The notes under the pieces were generated by a model that worked only from the letters and a program-made list of their open reading frames with translations, ran no database searches and was not told the DNA's origin. Shown here one piece after another: positions 10,042 through 19,237 of a stretch of DNA of 64,000 nucleotides. A program made the position numbers and the translations under genes. How positions within the stretch are numbered: position 1 is the stretch's first letter; each line of letters starts with the position of its first letter. Origin of the DNA: an uncultured archaeon (lineage in GTDB: Archaea > Iainarchaeota > Iainarchaeia > Iainarchaeales > GCA-2688035); contig CAYHBD010000016.1 in assembly GCA_964354805.1 (NCBI GenBank), forward strand, positions 101,472 through 165,471, read 5' to 3'.

Positions 10042-10869
10042 TTACAATTCTTCCCAGTATTTCTGCATCAACAGCGCATCTCCCTCTAAGTTTGGGCTTT
10101 CTGAAATAATGCAGCCGCCTGCCTTTTTCTCTTGCAACGCTTCCAGAAGCCACTTGAAATTGAAAGTGTTTCCCTTTTCCTGCAGATTCATGTGATTTCT
10201 TTCGCCTTTTGCGCTGAAATTTATTCCGCTCACGTGCATCTGCAAATCCTGCAAGAACTTTTCCGGAATCTCTTCAATTGCGCTCAAAAAATCTGCCTTG
10301 CTTTTGAACCTGCCGTTCTCCCTCGCGTGCAAATGGCTCCAATCAACCATTGGCTGCACTCCTTTTACCTGCCTGCATATTTCCAGCGTTTCCTGCAGGC
10401 TGCCAAGCTGGCTTCTCTTTCCTGTTGTTTCAGGCGCAAGCTTTATTGCCCATTTGTTTGATTCAATTTCTTTTGCAATTTCAGCTATTTCGCCGGCAAC
10501 CCTTTCCAGCACTTCCCCCTTTTCCTGCTCCTGAAAGTATGCGGGGTGAAAAGTAACAATTTTTGCGCCGGCAATTTCCCCGATTTCCGCACTGAGCAAA
10601 ATCCTCTTTTTGCTATCCTCAACTTTTTTCTTTTCATTTGAATTCAGATTAATGAAGTATGGTGCATGAACCCTGAGCATTACATTGTTTCTTTCAGCTG
10701 TCTTTCTCACTTCTTTTGCTGTTGCGGCATTCATGTGCACTCCCCTTACAAACTCCAACTCCATTGCATCCAGGCTAAGCTGCCTTATTCTTTCAATTCC
10801 AGAAACGCTGTCGGCTGCAGCAGCCGAATGCGGCACGCCTGCTGTTCCAAAAAGCATTTTTGGCTTCAT
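10042..10869 (-). CDS. nfo: Endonuclease IV (AP endonuclease, TIM barrel)
   Basis: HAPYFINLNS, FHPA, PETTGK..QLGS, DWSHLHAR, HVSGI, ISESP motifs. Confidence 0.93.
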   Translation of the reverse strand: MKPKMLFGTAGVPHSAAAADSVSGIERIRQLSLDAMELEFVRGVHMNAATAKEVRKTAERNNVMLRVHAPYFINLNSNEKKKVEDSKKRILLSAEIGEIAGAKIVTFHPAYFQEQEKGEVLERVAGEIAEIAKEIESNKWAIKLAPETTGKRSQLGSLQETLEICRQVKGVQPMVDWSHLHARENGRFKSKADFLSAIEEIPEKFLQDLQMHVSGINFSAKGERNHMNLQEKGNTFNFKWLLEALQEKKAGGCIISESPNLEGDALLMQKYWEEL

Positions 10870-10944
10870 TTAAACTTCACTAACACAATATTTCATGAAT
10901 TCTTTAATAAATTCAGCCCATTCTTTTTTCTTCCATTACCGGTG

Positions 10945-13695
10945 CTATGCCGGCAGGCATCCTGTTCCTGCTTTCCATTGCTTCATTTTCTGCATTAGTG
11001 CGAGCATGCTTATTTCCCCTCTTTTCCACTGGGGAATGTACTGGTTCATTAATGTCGGCGTGTCAACGCATTCTGGTGTTTGAGCGCAGCCGCTTTTGTC
11101 AAGCGTGCATTGTGCCGTGCATCCAAGTGTTCCTCCAAAATACCCCAAAGAAACGCAGCTTTCTCCAAAAAGGGCTGTTCCATCGCATTGTTCTCCCAAA
11201 TCATCATCAACGCCGCCGTTGCCGCATGCTGTATATGATTCGCAGCCGTCACTCAAATTGCCATTGCTGTTTTGGTATCCTTCAAAGCAGCCATCGAAAT
11301 GGCAGCTTCCTGCAACACAGCTGCTGAAAGCGTGCGGGTAATAGCATACATTGCTACAGCTGCCGCAGTTGAATGGGTCATTCTGCAAATTAAATGGTTC
11401 GTCTATTGGTGTGCTCCAAGTTGCTGTTGAACTAGAGCTTGTCCAGTACCGCGCGTCTCCATCATTGTCAGCGCCGTCGCATATTTCAATTCCTGGGTTG
11501 TCTTTTAGCGTGTTCCAGCTGTATTCTGCAGTGTTTACTACTCCACCAACATTGTTGTAGAATTCGTGGTCTATTATGCCAAGCGCGTTGTATTTGTTTG
11601 CAAGATATGACCACCATTTGATGGCTGTTTCATCATACCATGGTCCCCCAAAAAATTCAAAACCAAGGGTGTTGTAAAGGTTAGGGCCGTTTTCCATGTT
11701 TAGATACTGATTGTTTGTGGTATACCACCAATCGATTGGAACAACGTTTTCCCTTTTCAATAAATCCAGCGCATGCCAGCTTTTTCCAGTTTGGCCGCCG
11801 TACATAGCCTGATATGATTCAACGCCGCCGTTGTGGAACGGGCTTATCATGTCATCCCATATAAGCACTTTTGTGTCTGCGTTGTAGCTGTGGATTATGT
11901 CAACCATTTTGTTCAAAAACTTTCCAAGCACCTGATAGTTCTCAAAGCCCCTTTTCTTTGACCTGCTATCCCTGTTGAATCCCCTGATTTCATCCATTCC
12001 AATGAAAACAAAGTCAGGTTTCTTCTCCATTGTGCTTTTTATATTGTTTCTGTATTCATCAAGCACTGCAGGGTCTGAGAGGCTTGCATACTCATTTCTT
12101 GTTTGCTGGAAATTTACAATAAAGTCGTAGTCTATTGCAACCTCTGCACCGGGCAATATCCTGCCACCTTCAACTCTTTGAACAGTTGTTTTTTTTCCAG
12201 CCAGTGGGTTGCTGAAATTGAATTCCCCTGTTGTGCTCAACGTGTAGTCCGTGCCTTCGGTGTATTTCACTGTTCTATCCTTATTCCAAACCTGCAGCCC
12301 AGTATCTGGCGTCCTAATCACATTCCTTAGGGCTTTTGTCAGGTCAATTAATTCAAAGTCGTCAAGCCACCATGTTACTGGCTCGCAGAACATGGCCCTG
12401 CTGTAAATGGTAAATCCTGCCGCGCCATTAAAAGAAGTGAACATCAAAAAATATTGCTTCCACTCCCCGCTGTTATCCGTTATGTTGCCATTGTAGTATA
12501 CACTTGCTCCCCCTATAATAAGAGTGTTCCCTGGCTCATCTTTCATAACAACAGTGAATTGCGGCTGCCTGTCATTGTTGTTTGGGTCGTTTTTTTTCGC
12601 CCAAAAAGTGAACATGTAAATCTTGTCTGACTCAATTGGGATCTGGCTTTCTGTCAGAAAATAGCTGCTTGAATCAAGCCCCAATGTATGTTCAGCAACC
12701 ATCTTTACAGAGCAGTTGCCTGAATGGCTTTGCGTGCAATCCCTTGTCCACTGTCCTCTCTGCTGCTCTATTGGATAGTTTGAATATTTCCAGCCATCCG
12801 GAACTCCGTCTCCATCTTCATCAAATTCCAAATCAGGGTTTGGCAGTTCAACCCCGCCTGCTGGCTCTGCAATGCCAGAGCTGTTGAACCTGAATGGGGC
12901 ATTGTATGCCCACACACCTTCATGGAGGTTTTTTCCTTGTCCTTCTGCATATGGTGGCAAGCCCAGCTTTGTAGAAGTGAAGAAGTGCCTGTCCCTTACA
13001 TACTCAGTCAGCGGGCCATTGATCCAAATATTGTATTTGTATTTGGCTAAGTGTTCAACCCAGGCTTCTTGTGTGCCGTAGTAGGGAGGCCAATCTTGTC
13101 TGCTGTAAGGGTCCCATATAGTGGGTTCAGTTCCTCCATAGAACCCCCTTATTTTTAAGTCAGGCCAGTCTGTTATTTTTGCATTTGGCAGAATTATGCT
13201 GCTGCCCTCTTTTTTCAGCAGCCAAGTGAGTGAAACAACGCCGTAGAATGTTCCTGCTGTCGTGTTCCCCAAAATTAGAATCTGGTTTGGCTGAATTATG
13301 AGAACATATCCTTGGTTGAATTTATCTTGTGTCAATTCGTTGTTTATGTTGATTCCTGCGCTGCTTGCGATTGCTGCTATTGCTGCATTTGTGTTCGGGT
13401 TTCCTATTACGATTCTTTTCTCTGCTGGCATTGCAGTTATGTCAACTATTCCAAGGCTAGTTCCCAATGCCGCGCTTATTTTTTTATTTAAGTCGGTTGC
13501 TGCAAAGCTGTCTTCTGTTGCCAGGTCAGCCGCAATTTTCCAGCTGCTGTCAATGCTTACTGCTGTTGTTGAGAGAGTTTGAATGCTTTTTGGCTTTGGG
13601 ATTATTGTTGCCGGGTCAATCGGCTGGGCATAGCTGGCTGTAGCCAAAAGCAACAGGAAAAATGCGATTGCAACAATTATTGTTTTTTGCTTCAA
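10945..13695 (-). CDS. Secreted GH20-family hexosaminidase-like protein with CBM4/9-like insert and QWKxG tail (gene B)
   Basis: IIPKPK, GYVL, GTFYGVVSL, ITDWPDLKIRG, IGMDE and WDDM motifs; Cys-rich repeats; shared tail. Confidence 0.8.
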   Translation of the reverse strand: MKQKTIIVAIAFFLLLLATASYAQPIDPATIIPKPKSIQTLSTTAVSIDSSWKIAADLATEDSFAATDLNKKISAALGTSLGIVDITAMPAEKRIVIGNPNTNAAIAAIASSAGININNELTQDKFNQGYVLIIQPNQILILGNTTAGTFYGVVSLTWLLKKEGSSIILPNAKITDWPDLKIRGFYGGTEPTIWDPYSRQDWPPYYGTQEAWVEHLAKYKYNIWINGPLTEYVRDRHFFTSTKLGLPPYAEGQGKNLHEGVWAYNAPFRFNSSGIAEPAGGVELPNPDLEFDEDGDGVPDGWKYSNYPIEQQRGQWTRDCTQSHSGNCSVKMVAEHTLGLDSSSYFLTESQIPIESDKIYMFTFWAKKNDPNNNDRQPQFTVVMKDEPGNTLIIGGASVYYNGNITDNSGEWKQYFLMFTSFNGAAGFTIYSRAMFCEPVTWWLDDFELIDLTKALRNVIRTPDTGLQVWNKDRTVKYTEGTDYTLSTTGEFNFSNPLAGKKTTVQRVEGGRILPGAEVAIDYDFIVNFQQTRNEYASLSDPAVLDEYRNNIKSTMEKKPDFVFIGMDEIRGFNRDSRSKKRGFENYQVLGKFLNKMVDIIHSYNADTKVLIWDDMISPFHNGGVESYQAMYGGQTGKSWHALDLLKRENVVPIDWWYTTNNQYLNMENGPNLYNTLGFEFFGGPWYDETAIKWWSYLANKYNALGIIDHEFYNNVGGVVNTAEYSWNTLKDNPGIEICDGADNDGDARYWTSSSSTATWSTPIDEPFNLQNDPFNCGSCSNVCYYPHAFSSCVAGSCHFDGCFEGYQNSNGNLSDGCESYTACGNGGVDDDLGEQCDGTALFGESCVSLGYFGGTLGCTAQCTLDKSGCAQTPECVDTPTLMNQYIPQWKRGEISMLALMQKMKQWKAGTGCLPA

Positions 13696-13740
13696 TTTGA
13701 ATCAATTAGAATAAGTGCTTCATTCAATAAAAATTTAATC
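13696..13740 (-). promoter_or_regulatory. Conserved promoter/leader of the tail-gene family (B)
   Basis: AAATTTTTATTGAATGAAGCACTTATTCTAATTGATTCAAA before TTG. Confidence 0.75.
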
Positions 13741-13773
13741 CTTTATTTAATTACATTTATTCACAGGATTTTT

Positions 13774-14904
13774 ATGCCAGGCAACATTTTTGCAAAAAAG
13801 GCAAGGATTCACGAGCTGTTCAAGGACGAGCGCTTCCTTTACCCCGAGTATGTTCCGGAGCGTTTGCCCCACAGGGATGCCGAGGTTGATTCCCTTGTTT
13901 TTGCACTGCAGCCTGTATTGCAGGGGAAAAAGCCACAGAATGTTTTTGTTTCCGGAAAAAGTGGAACAGGAAAAACAGCAACAGTGCGCTTTGTTCTGAA
14001 CGAATTGCAGCAGTACAGTGACAGGGCAAAAGGGCTTTACATCAATTGCTTCCAGTTCAACACAAGGCATTCAGTTCTAACGCAGATTGCGAACTTTTTG
14101 GGCGAGGCAACCCCACGAAGAGGGATTGCTTCAGATGAAACATACAGCCATATGCTGAAGGCATTGCAGTCCATAAATTTTGTGCCGGTAATTGTACTGG
14201 ACGAAGCAGACCAATTAATGCATGAAAAAGAGGCAAGCAAGCTGTTCTATGACCTACTGCGCGTTATTGAACAGCACCACAAGGGCTTTGGCCTGGTTTT
14301 CATTAGCAATGTTGCAGAATTCACCGCATTGCTTGATGCAAGGGTAAAAAGCAGCCTTGCGGAGCAAACAATCTGCTTCGAGCAGTATTCACCCCAACAG
14401 CTTAAGGACATTCTGAGGGAGAGAGCCCAGTATGCTTTTTTTCCAAATGCCCTTGAGCCAGATGTAATAAATGTTGCTGCTGCCCATGCAGCAAAATTCG
14501 GCGGGGATGCAAGGATTGCAATAGAGTGCCTTTTGAAAGCAGGGAGGGAAGCTGAAAGGGAGAACGCCCTCAAGGTTACAGTGCAGCATTTGCAGAAGGT
14601 TTTCCCCCTGATTGATTCAGCCGCCTTGCAGAAAGCGATTAATTATTTGGGCGAGCACGAGAAAGCAATCCTGCAATCGATTCCTGCAAACCAGGTAATT
14701 GCAAGCGGGGATTTGTTCGCTGCCTACAAAAAAGCTGTAAAGAAGCCGTTCTCGCAAAGGCAGTTCAGGACAATGAGGGCAAACCTGGAGAGAATGCATT
14801 TGATTAATTGCAAAGAAGCCGCAAAGGGAAAAATGGGCAGGACAGTGTTTATTTCCCTTGCTTTTCCCAAAAGCAGGCTTGAGCCATCCACCACAAACAA
14901 ATAA
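13774..14904 (+). CDS. cdc6: Orc1/Cdc6 replication initiator
   Basis: YVPERLPHRD, GKSGTGKT, IVLDEAD, GGDARIAI motifs and C-terminal wH domain; start moved to ATG 13774. Confidence 0.95.
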   Translation: MPGNIFAKKARIHELFKDERFLYPEYVPERLPHRDAEVDSLVFALQPVLQGKKPQNVFVSGKSGTGKTATVRFVLNELQQYSDRAKGLYINCFQFNTRHSVLTQIANFLGEATPRRGIASDETYSHMLKALQSINFVPVIVLDEADQLMHEKEASKLFYDLLRVIEQHHKGFGLVFISNVAEFTALLDARVKSSLAEQTICFEQYSPQQLKDILRERAQYAFFPNALEPDVINVAAAHAAKFGGDARIAIECLLKAGREAERENALKVTVQHLQKVFPLIDSAALQKAINYLGEHEKAILQSIPANQVIASGDLFAAYKKAVKKPFSQRQFRTMRANLERMHLINCKEAAKGKMGRTVFISLAFPKSRLEPSTTNK

Positions 14905-14944
14905 AAACCTTATTAACCCATTAATTTTAATCGGTGAGTAATGG

Positions 14945-15985
14945 GTGGCTAAAAAGGGTGCTGGGAAAAAGTCTGCCAAAAAAGGCAGGGCTGGGAAGAG
15001 GGCAAAGCCAGCCGCTGTTTCTAAAGTAGTTAAACGGGACATTAAGTCCTTGCAAAAAGGGTTGAAGAAAGAGATTTCCCTGACAAAAAAGGTCAGCAGG
15101 AAAGCAGGCAAGCAGGAGAACCAGCTTGATTTGCTTGCAAAAGAGATTGAAAAGCTTAAGAAGAAAAAGAAGAGGTCTGCCCTCTCTGAATACAACAAGT
15201 TCATGAGACAGCAGATAAGGAAAGGGCTTTCTTTCAGGCAGGCTGTAAGGGAGTGGAACAAGAGGAAAAAGGCGCTTGCAAAAAAGACCAAGAAACCAAC
15301 AGCATACAACGTGTTTGTTTCAATGCAGTTAAAGCAAGGCAAAACAATGAAGCAGGCTATCGCAGCATGGAACAGGCTGAAGAATCCTGCCAAGAGAAAA
15401 AGACCGGCAGGAAAAAAGTTTGCGGTTGCAAAGCCAAAAGCAAAGGCACTAAAAAAGAGGCCTGCAAAGAGAAAGGCAGCAAAGCCGAGAAAAAAGCCAG
15501 TGAAGAGGAAGGCAGCAAAGCCAAGGAAAAAGAGGGTTGTGAGGCGCAGAAGGCCTGTTAAGAGGCGGATTGTGAAGCCCAAGAGAAAGATGGTTTTAAG
15601 GCGGAAGCTGCCTGTTGTAAAGCCAAAGCGCATTGTGCGCAGGGTTACTGTTGAAAAGCCGGTTATTTTGACAAAACAAGTTTTCCCCAAAGAAGAGATT
15701 GTACTGCTTATTGAGAAAGCGATTGAAAAGCTTTCATCGGCAGAAAAGCGGGTTGTTGTAGAATCAAGGGCAATTTCAGCCCAAAAGGGCGAACTACTTT
15801 GCGATGAAGAGGTTGCGCTCAGAATGCTCAATGTTTATTTCTCTGAGATAGCGAGGTATGGCCTGAAAAGGAAGCTTACTCTTGATGAAGTGATTAACGC
15901 CTACTTTTATGCATTGCTGCGGATTGAGAGAAAGGGCATTGAAATCAATGAAATAAAGGAAGCAATGCTCAGGAAAGGAATGTAG
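14945..15985 (+). CDS. Very basic histone-H1-like protein with two HMG/YABBY-like repeats and a C-terminal helical domain
   Basis: K/R/A/P-rich tracts; LSEYNKFMRQQIRKG...W and PTAYNVFVSMQLKQG...W repeats. Confidence 0.7.
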   Translation: MAKKGAGKKSAKKGRAGKRAKPAAVSKVVKRDIKSLQKGLKKEISLTKKVSRKAGKQENQLDLLAKEIEKLKKKKKRSALSEYNKFMRQQIRKGLSFRQAVREWNKRKKALAKKTKKPTAYNVFVSMQLKQGKTMKQAIAAWNRLKNPAKRKRPAGKKFAVAKPKAKALKKRPAKRKAAKPRKKPVKRKAAKPRKKRVVRRRRPVKRRIVKPKRKMVLRRKLPVVKPKRIVRRVTVEKPVILTKQVFPKEEIVLLIEKAIEKLSSAEKRVVVESRAISAQKGELLCDEEVALRMLNVYFSEIARYGLKRKLTLDEVINAYFYALLRIERKGIEINEIKEAMLRKGM

Positions 15986-15996
15986 GTGAACAATGC

Positions 15997-16287
15997 ATGG
16001 CTGGATTGAGCAATGAAGAGATTGCGGCAAGGATTGTGCAAATCTATTTTGAGGAAGTTGCAAGGCTTGGCTTCAGGAGAAAGCTTTCGCTTGATGAAAC
16101 AATAAACTCATACTATTACACTCTGCTTCGCTTGGGCAAAAAGAGAGAGGAAGAGGAAAAAGCCAAAGCGCTTGTTCTAAAGGAAGAAGCAGAACTTAAA
16201 ACAGAAACAAAACAAGAAATTCTGCCGAGCCAGCAAACAGTCACAACAACAAAAACAGTTGAAACAATGACAACAAGAAAAGAGTAA
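15997..16287 (+). CDS. Small protein paralogous to the C-terminal domain of the upstream basic protein
   Basis: LSNEEIAARIVQIYFEEVARLGFRRKLSLDETINSY aligns with LCDEEVALRMLNVYFSEIARYGLKRKLTLDEVINAY; AGGTGA SD. Confidence 0.8.
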   Translation: MAGLSNEEIAARIVQIYFEEVARLGFRRKLSLDETINSYYYTLLRLGKKREEEEKAKALVLKEEAELKTETKQEILPSQQTVTTTKTVETMTTRKE

Positions 16288-16307
16288 GCGAAGAGAAATA
16301 AGTTTCT

Positions 16308-16796
16308 TTATTTCCTTTGAATTCTGGGAACCCTGCTTGTTTTCCTGCGTTTGAATGCCAGCCTTTCATTCATTGTTGGGTTTCCTGAATATCTCCCCCT
16401 TATTGTTTCAGCATTTGGGTATCTCCAAGAATTCGGGTGCTGCATTGCGTATTCTTTACCAAAAACAGGGATTGCACCTTTGAGAAGCATTCTTCCTGCT
16501 GCACGCCTAAAGTTGATATCTTTGAAAGGCCCTTCTTCAATCGGGAACCACCTTATTTTACTGATCAGCTGCAGCGAGCGTGCATTGGACAGGAGAGGGG
16601 CCATAGCGTTTTTTACATGCTCGTTGCCTCTACATACTATAACCACATCAATGTCTGATTTCGGCACTGCCATGTTTGCTGCAACGCTTCCGCAGACAAA
16701 AACAGCTTTCAAATTCTCGCCCATGCGCTTTTGCAGTTCTGCGGCAAACTTGTGCGCTTGCTGCATTTTTTGTTTCGAAGGAGTCAACTTTGCCAT
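16308..16796 (-). CDS. Minimal nucleotidyltransferase (Pol-beta fold)
   Basis: VFVCGSVA...SDIDVVIV; GGAGG SD. Confidence 0.85.
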   Translation of the reverse strand: MAKLTPSKQKMQQAHKFAAELQKRMGENLKAVFVCGSVAANMAVPKSDIDVVIVCRGNEHVKNAMAPLLSNARSLQLISKIRWFPIEEGPFKDINFRRAAGRMLLKGAIPVFGKEYAMQHPNSWRYPNAETIRGRYSGNPTMNERLAFKRRKTSRVPRIQRK

Positions 16797-16932
16797 ATGA
16801 GCCTCCTGCTTTGTTTTTTTTCTTCTTTTTAATTTATGCCCTTATTCTTCGCTTTATCGGCAGCCTCAGCTGAATTATTGTGCCCCTGTTTGGGCCATAA
16901 GAGGCAGTCGCCAAACTTGTTATATATCGTAA

Positions 16933-17376
16933 TTACCGCTTTCTCCCCATTATCATTACCGCATCTTGTATATCCCCAAAATAAGCGCCGAATTCATGTA
17001 ACAGATCTTCAGTTTTGTGTAACCCCAATGTTATCGGGTTTGTATTAATTACGCTTGTCATTTGTCCTCTCTTAACAAAATATTCCCCGCAAAGAACAGC
17101 CAGTTCGTATTTTCCTTCCCATATTTGTTTTCTCCTTTCCAAAAATTCGTCACGTTTCCTTTTGAGAACCGATAAATCTTTTTCTTCAAAGCAATCAACT
17201 GAGTATGCTTTGACATCGGTCCCAAGTTTTTCAGTAGCAGTTATCAATGCAGCAGCTTTTTGTCGCATTGTCCTCATTACGGCGATTTTCTTTGCCGTCG
17301 ACAGGTTGAGGAATTTTTTTGAAAGCAAATTTCTTGGAACTCTCCTGATGTAATTCCTTTTCTGCATAAAAATCAC
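16933..17376 (-). CDS. Basic hypothetical protein
   Basis: 147-codon ORF, no recognisable motif. Confidence 0.55.
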   Translation of the reverse strand: MIFMQKRNYIRRVPRNLLSKKFLNLSTAKKIAVMRTMRQKAAALITATEKLGTDVKAYSVDCFEEKDLSVLKRKRDEFLERRKQIWEGKYELAVLCGEYFVKRGQMTSVINTNPITLGLHKTEDLLHEFGAYFGDIQDAVMIMGRKR

Positions 17377-17584
17377 TAGTGGCTCAGCTGTATTTTCACG
17401 ACATCGTTCATTTTCAAAGCATGTTCTTTCCCTAATTTTTGTTTGCTTCTTCTTTTGAGTGCATCTATTCTATAGATGGGTTTAACTCTTTAAATTAGTT
17501 TCTAAAACGCCCTTGTCAATTTTTGTTTTCATCTCATCACCTCCCTTGGATTGAATTTTTTCTTAGGACTCTGCTTTTCTCGGC

Positions 17585-17633
17585 TTAAACCTTTCCCTGC
17601 CTTATTGCAGGTCGGCTTCGCCTAAAGGTTTAA
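17585..17633. promoter_or_regulatory. Inverted repeat forming back-to-back BRE/TATA-like elements
   Basis: TTAAACCTTT...AAAGGTTTAA enclosing CCTGC/GCAGG and GGC/GCC hairpins. Confidence 0.5.
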
Positions 17634-17691
17634 TGCCTCCAAAAGCAGCAGAGACGTCCACGAAAAAATTCATTAAATTGGAGGTGATTCG

Positions 17692-17835
17692 ATGGATTTC
17701 AAAAAATTCGATTTTCCTCTTCCAACAGAGGAGGAAATAAGGGTTGTAAAAGAGATAGCAAAAGTTGCTTCAGAGGAGCTGGATGGAAGGGATATGTGGA
17801 TTTTGCGGGAGTTCTTGGAGAGTGATTCCGAATGA
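17692..17835 (+). CDS. 47-aa acidic microprotein (not in ORF track)
   Basis: GGAGGTGA SD, then MDFKKFDFPLPTEEEIRVV...ESDSE*; 10-bp stem hairpin over the stop. Confidence 0.65.
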   Translation: MDFKKFDFPLPTEEEIRVVKEIAKVASEELDGRDMWILREFLESDSE

Positions 17836-17968
17836 ATCACTCTTCTTCCACTTCCACAGGAAATCTTTCCGCATGCGCAGCTGACAGCGGAAGTTTTCAT
17901 AAGGAAAAAGCAGCGGAAGCCCGCTCTCTTCCAAGGGTGTTTATAATGAGAAAAAAGGGGGTTTTATT

Positions 17969-19237
17969 ATGGGTGTTGAGGAGTTAGACTTTGATTTATT
18001 CGAATTGCATGATCCAAAAGACGACAAAAAGCCGTATTTTTGGACGAAAATTGGAGGCAAAGAGATTCAATCACTATTCGAAGATTTAGTTAATAATATT
18101 TGTAAAACAAAAAATGTGAATAAAAATGAGCTGGCTAAAGAATTAAGCAAAGAGCTGGGTTGCTGTGTTTCACTTTTGCAAAAATATTTTTATTCCAAAA
18201 GGGATCTTTATCCAATCCCTTTAATCAACCGATTACTAGACCTGCTTGAGAATGAAAATAAAAAAATGCAAATGAAAAGTTTATTTTCTAAAAAGATTGA
18301 ATACTTAAAGATCGGGGGCTCTAGCCAAAGACAAAGGGCGGTTAAATATTTGACGCCAGAACAGGCAAAACTTTGCGGAGCAATTGTTGCCGATGGGTGT
18401 TTAGTAAAATCTAAAGTTGGAGAGCACGGGATTGTCATTAGGGATTATTACAAGAAAGCATTAGCAAAGACAAACGCTTGGTTCAACCAAGCCCTTGGCA
18501 TTTCTTCTGTTGTGAGAAAGGACAAAGGGAAACCAAGCCATTTTCTAAAAATCGATAACAAAATTGCTGCAAATTTTTTTAACAAATTTTTTGAGATACC
18601 ATTTGGAAAAAAATCAGCAATTGTTAAGGAACCACAGATAATTAAACATTCCCCATACAGGCTAGACTTTGCAGAAGGGGCACTTCTGTTTGATGGAAGT
18701 GTTGAGTTGGACTACCTGGTTTCCTATGGGACAATCAGTAAAAAGTTAGCAGAAGATTTGCTCGAAATTCTAACCCTAAATGGCTTTGAAATTGAATTAA
18801 GATATTTCAAAACAACTGGTCTGTATAGATTACGAACTAAAAGATTAACAAGGGAGCAAACAGACAAATGGATTGCCTTTTTTGGCAAAGACACTGAGAA
18901 AGGCAGTAAGCTTTATCAAATGACTTACGGCTTTCCAAATAGGGTGGGCTCTGTGGGTTATTTCATGTTTGCAATTTCAAATTTCTGCAATTTTGCAAAC
19001 AGTTCAAAGATTTCAATTAAAGACGTCTTCGCCGCAATAAAAGAAAATAATTGCGTAACAAAGGCGACTTTGAAAGATATTCTAAGAATTGGAACAAGCA
19101 CTCTTTACAAATATTTATGGATCCTAGAAAAAACAAACTCAATCAAAGCTGAAAAATTTAATGGCGGTGAAAATAGAGAAAACAAATATTCTTACAATCC
19201 AAATATTTGGGAATGGCGTGCGCCATCAAAGCTTTAA
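17969..19237 (+). CDS. Free-standing LAGLIDADG endonuclease-like protein with N- and C-terminal HTH
   Basis: LCGAIVADG and FAEGALLFDG motifs, FEIPFGKKS; AT-rich; stop overlaps the ychF stop. Confidence 0.85.
   Translation: MGVEELDFDLFELHDPKDDKKPYFWTKIGGKEIQSLFEDLVNNICKTKNVNKNELAKELSKELGCCVSLLQKYFYSKRDLYPIPLINRLLDLLENENKKMQMKSLFSKKIEYLKIGGSSQRQRAVKYLTPEQAKLCGAIVADGCLVKSKVGEHGIVIRDYYKKALAKTNAWFNQALGISSVVRKDKGKPSHFLKIDNKIAANFFNKFFEIPFGKKSAIVKEPQIIKHSPYRLDFAEGALLFDGSVELDYLVSYGTISKKLAEDLLEILTLNGFEIELRYFKTTGLYRLRTKRLTREQTDKWIAFFGKDTEKGSKLYQMTYGFPNRVGSVGYFMFAISNFCNFANSSKISIKDVFAAIKENNCVTKATLKDILRIGTSTLYKYLWILEKTNSIKAEKFNGGENRENKYSYNPNIWEWRAPSKL

Noticed and set aside
11016-11035. ORB-like CCAGTGGAAA..AGGGG in tail DNA (also in C, D, E) and TTCCAGTGGAAA near 8006
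   Set aside because: Explained by QWK(R/K)GE codons inside coding sequence; no ORB array or unwinding element beside cdc6.
13579-13773. N-terminal extension of Cdc6 in the ORF track (similarly pheT 26347-26460, vapC, OPT, DUF99)
   Set aside because: Overlaps neighbouring genes or promoters; family similarity starts at a downstream start codon.
14617-15831. 404-aa reverse-strand ORF
   Set aside because: Shadow of the Lys-rich gene (Phe/Leu-rich antisense).
16308-17376. MNT-HEPN toxin-antitoxin pair
   Set aside because: The upstream ORF lacks a convincing R-x4-6-H HEPN motif.
17585-17633. Hammerhead-type ribozyme
   Set aside because: A three-way fold is possible but the CUGANGA/GAAA core is absent.
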